Below are positions 21,506-32,600 of a DNA stretch of 64,000 nucleotides, one piece after another. Made by a program: the position numbers and the translations under genes. The notes beneath the pieces are model-generated. The model was given only the letters and a program-made list of their open reading frames with translations. It made no database searches and was not told the origin of the DNA. Each line of letters begins with the position of its first letter. Within the stretch, counting starts at the first letter, position 1. Source of the DNA: Eledone cirrhosa (taxonomy: Eukaryota); contig OZ024744.1 of assembly GCA_964016885.1 (NCBI GenBank), positions 132,122,001 to 132,186,000 on the forward strand. The letters run 5' to 3'.

Positions 21506-24239
21506 AGTCGGAGTTAAGTTAAGTTGGGGTTAAGTTAAGTTAGGCTTAACTTAAGTTGGGGTTAAGTTAAGTTGGGGGTAAGTTAAGTTGGGGGTAAGTT
21601 AAGTTGGGGTTAAGTTAAGTTGGGGTTAAGATAAGTGGTGGTTATGTTAAGTTGAGGTTAAGTTAAGTTAGGGTTAAATTAAGTTGGGGTTAAGTTAAGT
21701 TGGGTGTAAGTTAAGTTGGGGTTGAGTGAAGTTGGGGTTAAGTTAAGTTGGGGTTAAGTAGAGTTGGGGTTAAGTTAAGTTGGGGTTAAGTTAAGTTGGT
21801 GTTAAGTTGGGGTTAAGTTAAGTTGGGGTTAAGTTGGGGTTAAGTTAAGTGGTGGTTATGTTAAGTTGGGGTTAACTTAAGTTGGGGTTAATTTAAATTG
21901 GGGTTAAGTTAACTTTGTGGTTAAGTTAAGTTGGGGTTAAGTTAAGTTGGGGTTAAATTAAGTTGGGGTTGAGTGAAGTTGGGGTTAAGTTAAGTTGGGG
22001 TTAAGTTAAGTTGGGGTTAACTTAAGTTGGGTTTAAGTTAAGTTGCGGTTAAGTTAATTTGGGGTTAAGTTAAGTTGGGGTTAAGTTAAGTCGGGGTTAA
22101 TTTAAGTTGGGGTTGAGTTAAGTTGGGGTTAATTTAAGTTGAGGTTATGTTAAGTTGGGGTTAATTTAAGTTGGGGTTAAGTTAAGTTGGGGTTAAGTTA
22201 AGTTGGGGTTAATTTAAGTTGGGATTAAGTTCAGTTGGGGTTAAATTAAGTTGGGGTTAAGTTAAGCTGGGGTTAAATTAAGTTGGGGTTAAGTTAAGTT
22301 GGGGTTAAGTTAAGTTGGGGTTAAGTTAAGTTAGGGTTAATTTAAGTTGGGGTTATGTTAAGTTGGGGTTAAGTTAAGTTGGGGTTAAGTCGAGTTGGGG
22401 TTAAGTTAAGTTGGGGTTAGTTAAGTTGAGTTTAAGTTAAGTTGGGGTTAATTTAAGTTGGGGTTAAGTTAAGTTGGGGTTCAGTTAAGTTGGGGTTAAG
22501 TTAAGTTGGGGTTAAGTTAAGTTGGTTTAAGTTAAGTTGGGGTTAGGTTAAGTTGGGGATAAGTTAAGTTGGGGATAAGCTAAGTTGGGGTTAAGTTAAG
22601 TTGGGTTTAAGTTAAGTTGGGGTTAAGTTAAGTTAGGCTTAACTTAAGTTGGGGTTAAGTTAAGTTGGGGGTAAATTAAGTTGGGGGTAAGTTAAGTTGG
22701 GGTTAAGTTAAGTTGGGGTTAAGTTAAGTGGTGGTTATGTTAAGTTGGGGTTAAATTAAGTTGGGGTTAAATTAAGTTGGGGTTAAGTTAAGTTGGGTGT
22801 AAGTTAAGTTGGGGTTGAGTGAAGTTGGGGTTAAGTTAAGTTGGGGTTAAGTTAAGTTAGGGTTAATTTAAGTTGGGGTTATGTTAAGTTGGGGTTAAGT
22901 TAAGTTGGGGTTAAGTTAAGTTGGTGTTAAGTTGGGGTTAAGTTAAGTTGGGGTTAAGTTAAGTCGGGGTTAAGTTAAGTTGGGGTTGAGTTAAGTTGGG
23001 GTTAATTTAAGTTGAGGTTATGTTAAGTTGGGGTTAATTTAAGTTGGGGTTAATTTAAGTTGGGGTTAAGTTAAGTTGGGGTTAAGTTGAGGTTAAGTTA
23101 AGTTGTGGTTAAGTTAAGTTGGGGCTAAGTTAAGTTGGGGCTAAGTTAAGTTGGGGCTAAGTTAAGTTGGGGTTAAGTTAAGTTGGGGTTAAGTTAAGTT
23201 GGGTTTAATTTAAGTTGGGGTCAACTTAAGTTGGGGTTAAGTTGAGTTGGGGTTAAATTAAGTTGGGGTTAATTTAAGTTGGGGCTAAGTTAAGTTGGGG
23301 CTGAGTTAAGTTGGGGTTAAGTTAAGTTGGGGTTAAGTTAAGTTGGGGTTAATTTGGGGTTAAATTAAGTTGGGGTTAAGTTAAGTTGGGGTTAAGTTAA
23401 GTTGGGGTTAAGTTAAGTTGGGGTTAATTTAAGTTGGGGTTAAGTTAAGTCGGGGTTAAGTTAAGTCGGTGTTAAGTTAAGTTAGGGTTAAGTTAAGTTG
23501 GGGTTAAGTTAAGTTGGCTTTAAGTTAAGCTGGGGTTAAGTTAAGTTGGGGTTAAATTAAGTTGGGGTTAAGTTAAGTTGGGGTTAGGTTAAGTTTGGGT
23601 TAGGTTAAGTTGGGGTTAAATTAAGTTGGGGTTAAGTTAAGTTGGGGTTAAGTTAAGTTGGGTTAGGTTAAGTTGGGGATAAGTTAAGTTGGGGATAATT
23701 TAAGTTGGGGTTAAGTTAAGTTGGGTTTAAGTTAAGCTGGGGTTAAGTTAAGTTGGGGTTAAATTAAGTTGGGGTTAAGTTAAGTTGGGGTTAAGTTAAG
23801 TTTGGGTTAGGTTAAGTTGGGGATTAGTTAAGTTGGGGATAAGTTAAGTTGGGGTTAATTAAGTTGGGTTTAAGTTAAGTTGTGGTTAAGTTAAGTTGGG
23901 GTTAAGTTAAGTTGGGGGTTAAGTTAAGTTGGGGTTAGTTAAGTTTAGTTTAAGTTAAGTTGGCGTTAATTTAAGTTGGGGTTAAGTTAAGTTGGGGTTC
24001 AGTTAAGTTGGGGATAAGTCAAGTTGGGGTTAAGTTAAGTTGGGGTTAAGTTAAGTTGGGGTTAGGTTAAGTTGGGGATAAGTTAAGTTGGGGATAAGCT
24101 AAGTTGGGGTTAAGTTAAGTTAGGTTTAAGTTAAGTTGGGGTTAAGTTAAGTTGGGGTTAAATTAAGTTGGAGATAAGTTAAGCTGGGGTTAAATTAAGT
24201 TGGGGTTAAGTTAAGTTGGGGTTAGGTTAAGTTGGGGTT

Positions 24240-24535
24240 AACCCCAACTTAACTTAACCCCAACTTAACTTAGCCCCAACTTCACTCAACCCCAACTTAA
24301 CTTAACCCCAACTTCACTCAACCCCAACTTAACTCAACCCCAACTTAAGTTAACCCCAACTTAACTTAACCCTAACTTAACTTAACCCCGACTTAACTTA
24401 ACCCCGACTTAACTTAACCCCAACTTAACTTAACCCCAACTTAACTTAACCCCAACTTAACTTAATCCCAACTTGACTTAACCCCAACTTAACTCACACC
24501 CAACTTAACTTACCCCCAACTTAACTTAACCCCAA
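24240..24535 (-). repeat. Inverted satellite tract, subtype III (~296 bp)
   Basis: GGGGTT|AACCCC start, TTAGCCCC and TTAAGTTAACC variants, ends CCCCAAAATCGGAGTTACG. Confidence 0.93.
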
Positions 24536-27500
24536 AATCGGAGTTACGTTAAGTTGGGGTTAAGTTAAGTTAGGCTTAACTTAAGTTGGGCTTAAGTTCA
24601 GTTGGGGGTAAGTTAAGTTGGGGGTAAGTTAAGTTGGGGTTAATTTAAGTTGGGGTTAAGTTAAGTGGTGGTTATGTTAAGTTGGGGTTAAGTTAAGTTG
24701 GGGTTAAATTAAGTTGGGGTTAAGTTAAGTTGGGTGTAAGTTAAGTTGGGGTTGAGTGAAGTTGGGGTTAAGTTAAGTTGGGGTTAAGTAGAGTTGGGGT
24801 TAAGTTAAGTTGGGGTTAAGTTAAGTTGGTGTTAAGTTGGGGTTAAGTTAAGTTGGGGTTAAGTTAAGTCGGGGTTAAGTTAAGTTGGGGTTGAGTTAAG
24901 TTGGGGTTAATTTAAGTTGAGGTTATGTTAAGTTGGGGTTAATTTAAGTTGGGGTTAATTTAAGTTGGGGTTAAGTTAAGTTGGGGTTAAGTTGAGGTTA
25001 AGTTAAGTTGTGGTTAAGTTAAGTTGGGGCTAAGTTAAGTTGGGGCTAAGTTAAGTTGGGGCTAAGTTAAGTTGGGGTTAAGTTAAGTTGTGGTTAAGTT
25101 AAGTTGGGTTTAATTTAAGTTGGGGTCAACTTAAGTTGGGGTTAAGTTGAGTTGGGGTTAAATTAAGTTGGGGTTAATTTAAGTTGGGGCTAAGTTAAGT
25201 TGGGGCTGAGTTAAGTTGGGGTTAAGTTAAGTTGGGGTTAAGTTAAGTTGGGGTTAAGTTAATTTTGGGTTAAGTTAAGTTGTGGTTCAGTTAAGTTGGG
25301 GTTAAGTTAAGTTTGGGTTAATTTGGGGTTAAATTAAGTTGGGGTTAAGTTAAGTTGGGGTTAATTTAAGTTGGGGTTAAGTTAAGTCGGGGTTAAGTTA
25401 AGTCGGTGTTAAGTTAAGTTAGGGTTAAGTTAAGTTAGGCTTAACTTAAGTTGGGCTTAAGTTAAGTTGGGGGTAAGTTAAGTTGGGGGTAAGTTAAGTT
25501 GGGGTTAATTTAAGTTGGGGTTAAGTTAAGTGGTGGTTATGTTAAGTTGGGGTTAATTTAAGTTGGGGTTAAATTAAGTTGGGGTTAAGTTAAGTTGGGT
25601 GTAAGTTAAGTTGGGGTTGAGTGAAGTTGGGGTTAAGTTAAGTTGGGGTTAAGTAGAGTTGGGGTTAAGTTAAGTTGGGGTTAAGTTAAGTTGGTGTTAA
25701 GTTGGGGTTAAGTTAAGTTGGGGTTAAGTTGGGGTTAAGTTAAGTGGTGGTTATGTTAAGTTGGGGTTAACTTAAGTTGGGGTTAATTTAAATTGGGGTT
25801 AAGTTAACTTTGTGGTTAAGTTAAGTTGGGGTTAAGTTAAGTTGGGGTTAAGTTAAGTTGGGGTTGAGGGAAGTTGGGGTTAAGTTAAGTTGGGGTTAAC
25901 TTAAGTTGGGTTTAAGTTAAGTTGCGGTTAAGTTAAGTTGGGGTTAAGTTAAGTTGGGGTTAAGTTAAGTCGGGGTTAAGTTAAGTTGGGGTTGAGTTAA
26001 GTTGGGGTTAATTTAAGTTGAGGTTATGTTAAGTTGGGGTTAATTTAAGTTGGGGTTAAGTTAAGTTGGGGTTAAGTTAAGTTGGGGTTAATTTAAGTTG
26101 GGGTTAAGTTCAGTTGGGGTTAATTTAAGTTGGGGTTAAGTTAAGTTGGGTTTAAGTTAAGTTGGGGTTAAATTAAGTTGGGGTTAAATTAAGTTGGGGT
26201 TAAGTTAAGTTGGGGTTAGGTTAAGTTGGGGATAAGTTAAGTTGGGGATAAGCTAAGTTGGGGTTAATTTAAGTTGGGTTTAAGTTAAGTTGGGGTTAAG
26301 TTAAGTCGGGGTTATGTTAAGTCGGTGTTAAGTTAAGTTAGGGTTAAGTTAAGTTGGGGTTACTTCAAGTTGGGGCTAAGTTAAGTTGGGGCTGAGTTAA
26401 GTTGGGTGTACGTTAAGTTGGGGTTGACTGAAGTTGGGGTTAAGTTAAGTTGGGGTTAAGTTAAATTAGGGTTAATTTAAGTTGGGGTTATGTTAAGTTG
26501 GGGTTAAGTTAAGTTGGGGTTAAGTAGAGTTGGGGTTAATTTAAGTTGGGGTTAAGTTAAGTTGGTGTTAAGTTGGGGTTAATTTAAGTGGTGGTTATGT
26601 TAAGTTGGGGTTAAGTTAAGTTGGGGTTAATTTAAATTGGGGTTAAGTTAATTTTGTGGTTAAGTTAAGTTGGAGTTAAGTTAAGTTGGAGTTAAGTTAA
26701 GTTGGGGTTGAGTGAAGTTGGGGTTAAGTTAAGTTGGGGTTAACTTAAGTTGGGTTTGAGTTAAGTTGCGGTTAAGTTAAGTTGGGGTTAAGTTAAGTTG
26801 GGGTTAAGTTAAGTCGGGGTTAATTTAAGTTGGGGTTAAGTTAAGTTGGGGTTAATTTAAGTTGGGGTTAAGTTAAGTTTAGGTTAAGTTAAGTTGGGGG
26901 TAAATTAAGTTGGGGTTAAGTTAAGTTGGGGTTAAGTTAAGTTGGGGTTAGGTTAAGTTGGGGATAAGTTAAGTTGGGGATAAGTTAAGTTGGGGTTAAG
27001 TTAAGTTGGGTTTAAGTTAAGTTGGGGTTAAGTTAAGTTGGGGTTTAATTAAGTTGGGGTTGAGTTAAGTTGGGGTTGACTTAAGTTGGGCTTAAGTTAA
27101 GTTGGGGTTAAGTTAAGATGTGGTTAAGTTAAGTTGGGGTTAATTTAAGTTGGGGTTAAATTAAGTTGGGGTTAAGTTAAGTTCGGGGTAAGGTAAGTTG
27201 GTGGTAAGTTAAGTTGGGGGTAAGTTAAGATGGGGCTAAGTTAAGTTGGGGTTAAGTTAATTTGGGGTTAAGTTAAGTTAGGGTTAAGTTAAGTTGGGGT
27301 TGACTTAAGTTGGGGTTAAGTTAAGTTGGGGTTATGTTAAGTTGGGTTTAAGTTAAGTTGGGGTTAATTTAAGTTGGGGTTAAATTAAGTTGGGGTTAAT
27401 TTAAGTTGGGGGTTAAGATAAGTTGGGGTTAAGTTAAGTTGGGGTTAAATTAAGTTGGGGTTAAGTTAAGTTGGGGTTAATTTAAGTTGGGGTTAAGTTA

Positions 27501-29400
27501 AGTTGGGGTTGAGTTAAGTTGGGGGTAAGTTAAGTTGGGGGTAAGTTAAGTTTTGTGTAAGTTAAGATGGGGTTAAGTTAAGTTGGGGTTAAGTTATTTT
27601 GGGGTTAAGTTAAGTTGGGGGTAAGTTAAGTTGGTGATAAGTTAAGTTGGGGGTAAGTTAAGTTGGGGTTAAGTTAAGTTGGGTTTAGTTGGGGTTAAGT
27701 TAAGTTAGGGTTAAGTTAAGTTGGGGTTGAGTTAAGTTGGGGTTAAGTTAAGAGGTGGTTATGTTCAGTTGGGGTTAAGTTAAGTTGGGGTTAAGATAAG
27801 TTGGGGTTAAGTTAAGTTGGGGTTGAGTTAAGTTGGGGTTGAATTAATTTGGCGTTAAGTTAAGTTGGGGTTAACTTAATTTGGGTTTAATTTAAGTTGG
27901 GGTTAAGTTAAGTTGGGGTTAAATTAAGTTGGGATTAAGTTAAGTTGGGTGTACGTTAAGTTGGGGTTGACTGAAGTTGGGGTTAAGTTAAGTTGGGGTT
28001 AAGTAGAGTTGGGGTTAATTTAAGTTGGGGTTAAGTTAAGTTGGTGTTAAGTTGGGGTTAAGTTAAGTTGGGGTTAAGTTGGGGTTAAGTTAAGTGGTGG
28101 TTATGTTAAGTTGGGGTTAAGTTAAGTTGGGGTTAATTTAAATTGGGGTTAAGTTAACTTTGTGGTTAAGTTAAGTTGGAGTTAAGTTAAGTTGGGGTTA
28201 AGTTAAGTTGGGGTTGAGTGAAGTTGGGGTTAAGTTAAGTTGGGGTTAAGTAGAGTTGGGGTTAATTTAAGTTGGGGTTAAGTTAAGTTGGTGTTAAGTT
28301 GGGGTTAAGTTAAGTTGGGGTTAAGTTGGGGTTAAGTTAAGTGGTGGTTATGTTAAGTTGGGGTTAAGTTAAGTTGGGGTTAATTTAAATTGGGGTTAAG
28401 TTAACTTTGTGGTTAAGTTAAGTTGGAGTTAAGTTAAGTTGGGGTTAAGTTAAGTTGGGGCTGAGTTAAGTTGGGGTTAAGTTAAGTTGGGGTTAAGTTA
28501 AGTTGGGGTTAATTTGGGGTTAAATTAAGTTGGGGTTAAGTTAAGTTGGGGTTAAGTTAAGTTGGGGTTAAGTTAAGTTGGGGTTAATTTAAGTTGGGGT
28601 TAAGTTAAGTCGGGGTTAAGTTAAGTCGGTGTTAAGTTAAGTTAGGGTTAAGTTAAGTTGGGGTTAAGTTAAGTTGGCTTTAAGTTAAGCTGGGGTTAAG
28701 TTAAGTTGGGGTTAAATTAAGTTGGGGTTAAGTTAAGTTGGGGTTAGGTTAAGTTTGGGTTAGGTTAAGTTGGGGTTAAATTAAGTTGGGGTTAAGTTAA
28801 GTTGGGGTTAAGTTAAGTTGGGGTTAGGTTAAGTTGGGGATAAGTTAAGTTGGGGATAATTTAAGTTGGGGTTAAGTTAAGTTGGGTTTAAGTTAAGCTG
28901 GGGTTAAGTTAAGTTGGGGTTAAATTAAGTTGGGGTTAAGTTAAGTTGGGGTTAAGTTAAGTTTGGGTTAGGTTAAGTTGGGGATTAGTTAAGTTGGGGA
29001 TAAGTTAAGTTGGAGTTAATTAAGTTGGGTTTAAGTTAAGTTGTGGTTAAGTTAAGTTGGGGTTAAGTTAAGTTGGGGGTTAAGTTAAGTTGGGGTTAGT
29101 TAAGTTTAGTTTAAGTTAAGTTGGCGTTAATTTAAGTTGGGGTTAAGTTAAGTTGGGGTTCAGTTAAGTTGGGGATAAGTCAAGTTGGGGTTAAGTTAAG
29201 TTGGGGTTAAGTTAAGTTGGGGTTAGGTTAAGTTGGGGATAAGTTAAGTTGGGGATAAGCTAAGTTGGGGTTAAGTTAAGTTGGGTTTAAGTTAAGTTGG
29301 GGTTAAGTTAAGTTGGGGTTAAATTAAGTTGGAGATAAGTTAAGCTGGGGTTAAATTAAGTTGGGGTTAAGTTAAGTTGGGGTTAGGTTAAGTTGGGGTT

Positions 29401-29696
29401 AACCCCAACTTAACTTAACCCCAACTTAACTTAGCCCCAACTTCACTCAACCCCAACTTAACTTAACCCCAACTTCACTCAACCCCAACTTAACTCAACC
29501 CCAACTTAAGTTAACCCCAACTTAACTTAACCCTAACTTAACTTAACCCCGACTTAACTTAACCCCGACTTAACTTAACCCCAACTTAACTTAACCCCAA
29601 CTTAACTTAACCCCAACTTAACTTAATCCCAACTTGACTTAACCCCAACTTAACTCACACCCAACTTAACTTACCCCCAACTTAACTTAACCCCAA
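29401..29696 (-). repeat. Inverted satellite tract, subtype III
   Basis: Same diagnostic variants and junctions as 24240-24535. Confidence 0.93.
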
Positions 29697-32600
29697 AATC
29701 GGAGTTACGTTAAGTTGGGGTTAAGTTAAGTTAGGCTTAACTTAAGTTGGGCTTAAGTTAAGTTGGGGGTAAGTTAAGTTGGGGGTAAGTTAAGTTGGGG
29801 TTAATTTAAGTTGGGGTTAAGTTAAGTGGTGGTTATGTTAAGTTGGGGTTAAGTTAAGTTGGGGTTAAATTAAGTTGGGGTTAAGTTAAGTTGGGTGTAA
29901 GTTAAGTTGGGGTTGAGTGAAGTTGGGGTTAAGTTAAGTTGGGGTTAAGTAGAGTTGGGGTTAAGTTAAGTTGGGGTTAAGTTAAGTTGGTGTTAAGTTG
30001 GGGTTAAGTTAAGTTGGGGTTAAGTTAAGTCGGGGTTAAGTTAAGTTGGGGTTGAGTTAAGTTGGGGTTAATTTAAGTTGAGGTTATGTTAAGTTGGGGT
30101 TAATTTAAGTTGGGGTTAATTTAAGTTGGGGTTAAGTTAAGTTGGGGTTAAGTTGAGGTTAAGTTAAGTTGTGGTTAAGTTAAGTTGGGGCTAAGTTAAG
30201 TTGGGGCTAAGTTAAGTTGGGGCTAAGTTAAGTTGGGGTTAAGTTAAGTTGTGGTTAAGTTAAGTTGGGTTTAATTTAAGTTGGGGTCAACTTAAGTTGG
30301 GGTTAAGTTGAGTTGGGGTTAAATTAAGTTGGGGTTAATTTAAGTTGGGGCTAAGTTAAGTTGGGGCTGAGTTAAGTTGGGGTTAAGTTAAGTTGGGGTT
30401 AAGTTAAGTTGGGGTTAAGTTAATTTTGGGTTAAGTTAAGTTGTGGTTCAGTTAAGTTGGGGTTAAGTTAAGTTTGGGTTAATTTGGGGTTAAATTAAGT
30501 TGGGGTTAAGTTAAGTTGGGGTTAATTTAAGTTGGGGTTAAGTTAAGTCGGGGTTAAGTTAAGTCGGTGTTAAGTTAAGTTAGGGTTAAGTTAAGTTAGG
30601 CTTAACTTAAGTTGGGCTTAAGTTAAGTTGGGGGTAAGTTAAGTTGGGGGTAAGTTAAGTTGGGGTTAATTTAAGTTGGGGTTAAGTTAAGTGGTGGTTA
30701 TGTTAAGTTGGGGTTAATTTAAGTTGGGGTTAAATTAAGTTGGGGTTAAGTTAAGTTGGGTGTAAGTTAAGTTGGGGTTGAGTGAAGTTGGGGTTAAGTT
30801 AAGTTGGGGTTAAGTAGAGTTGGGGTTAAGTTAAGTTGGGGTTAAGTTAAGTTGGTGTTAAGTTGGGGTTAAGTTAAGTTGGGGTTAAGTTGGGGTTAAG
30901 TTAAGTGGTGGTTATGTTAAGTTGGGGTTAACTTAAGTTGGGGTTAATTTAAATTGGGGTTAAGTTAACTTTGTGGTTAAGTTAAGTTGGGGTTAAGTTA
31001 AGTTGGGGTTAAGTTAAGTTGGGGTTGAGGGAAGTTGGGGTTAAGTTAAGTTGGGGTTAACTTAAGTTGGGTTTAAGTTAAGTTGCGGTTAAGTTAAGTT
31101 GGGGTTAAGTTAAGTTGGGGTTAAGTTAAGTCGGGGTTAAGTTAAGTTGGGGTTGAGTTAAGTTGGGGTTAATTTAAGTTGAGGTTATGTTAAGTTGGGG
31201 TTAATTTAAGTTGGGGTTAAGTTAAGTTGGGGCTAAGTTAAGTTGGGGTTAATTTAAGTTGGGGTTAAGTTCAGTTGGGGTTAATTTAAGTTGGGGTTAA
31301 GTTAAGTTGGGTTTAAGTTAAGTTGGGGTTAAATTAAGTTGGGGTTAAATTAAGTTGGGGTTAAGTTAAGTTGGGGTTAGGTTAAGTTGGGGATAAGTTA
31401 AGTTGGGGATAAGCTAAGTTGGGGTTAATTTAAGTTGGGTTTAAGTTAAGTTGGGGTTAAGTTAAGTCGGGGTTATGTTAAGTCGGTGTTAAGTTAAGTT
31501 AGGGTTAAGTTAAGTTGGGGTTACTTCAAGTTGGGGCTAAGTTAAGTTGGGGCTGAGTTAAGTTGGGTGTACGTTAAGTTGGGGTTGACTGAAGTTGGGG
31601 TTAAGTTAAGTTGGGGTTAAGTTAAATTAGGGTTAATTTAAGTTGGGGTTATGTTAAGTTGGGGTTAAGTTAAGTTGGGGTTAAGTAGAGTTGGGGTTAA
31701 TTTAGGTTGGGGTTAAGTTAAGTTGGTGTTAAGTTGGGGTTAATTTAAGTGGTGGTTATGTTAAGTTGGGGTTAAGTTAAGTTGGGGTTAATTTAAATTG
31801 GGGTTAAGTTAATTTTGTGGTTAAGTTAAGTTGGAGTTAAGTTAAGTTGGAGTTAAGTTAAGTTGGGGTTGAGTGAAGTTGGGGTTAAGTTAAGTTGGGG
31901 TTAACTTAAGTTGGGTTTGAGTTAAGTTGCGGTTAAGTTAAGTTGGGGTTAAGTTAAGTTGGGGTTAAGTTAAGTCGGGGTTAATTTAAGTTGGGGTTAA
32001 GTTAAGTTGGGGTTAATTTAAGTTGGGGTTAAGTTAAGTTTAGGTTAAGTTAAGTTGGGGGTAAATTAAGTTGGGGTTAAGTTAAGTTGGGGTTAAGTTA
32101 AGTTGGGGTTAGGTTAAGTTGGGGATAAGTTAAGTTGGGGATAAGTTAAGTTGGGGTTAAGTTAAGTTGGGTTTAAGTTAAGTTGGGGTTAAGTTAAGTT
32201 GGGGTTTAATTAAGTTGGGGTTGAGTTAAGTTGGGGTTGACTTAAGTTGGGCTTAAGTTAAGTTGGGGTTAAGTTAAGATGTGGTTAAGTTAAGTTGGGG
32301 TTAATTTAAGTTGGGGTTAAATTAAGTTGGGGTTAAGTTAAGTTCGGGGTAAGGTAAGTTGGTGGTAAGTTAAGTTGGGGGTAAGTTAAGATGGGGCTAA
32401 GTTAAGTTGGGGTTAAGTTAATTTGGGGTTAAGTTAAGTTAGGGTTAAGTTAAGTTGGGGTTGACTTAAGTTGGGGTTAAGTTAAGTTGGGGTTATGTTA
32501 AGTTGGGTTTAAGTTAAGTTGGGGTTAAGTTAAGTTGGGGTTAAGTTAAGTTGCGGTTAAGTTAAGTTGAGGTTAAGTTAAGTTGGGGTTAAGTTAAGTT

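Larger units (their letters stand above)
6432..22850 (+). repeat. Higher-order repeat: about three tandem copies of a 5.57-5.88 kb unit (AT block, G-tract, inversion I, inversion II, G-tract)
   Basis: AT blocks start at 6432, 12002 and 17877 (spacings 5570 and 5875). Inversions at 8761/9765, 14331/15335 and 20205/21209 are each 1004 bp apart. Variant monomers occur in the same order in each copy. Confidence 0.9.
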
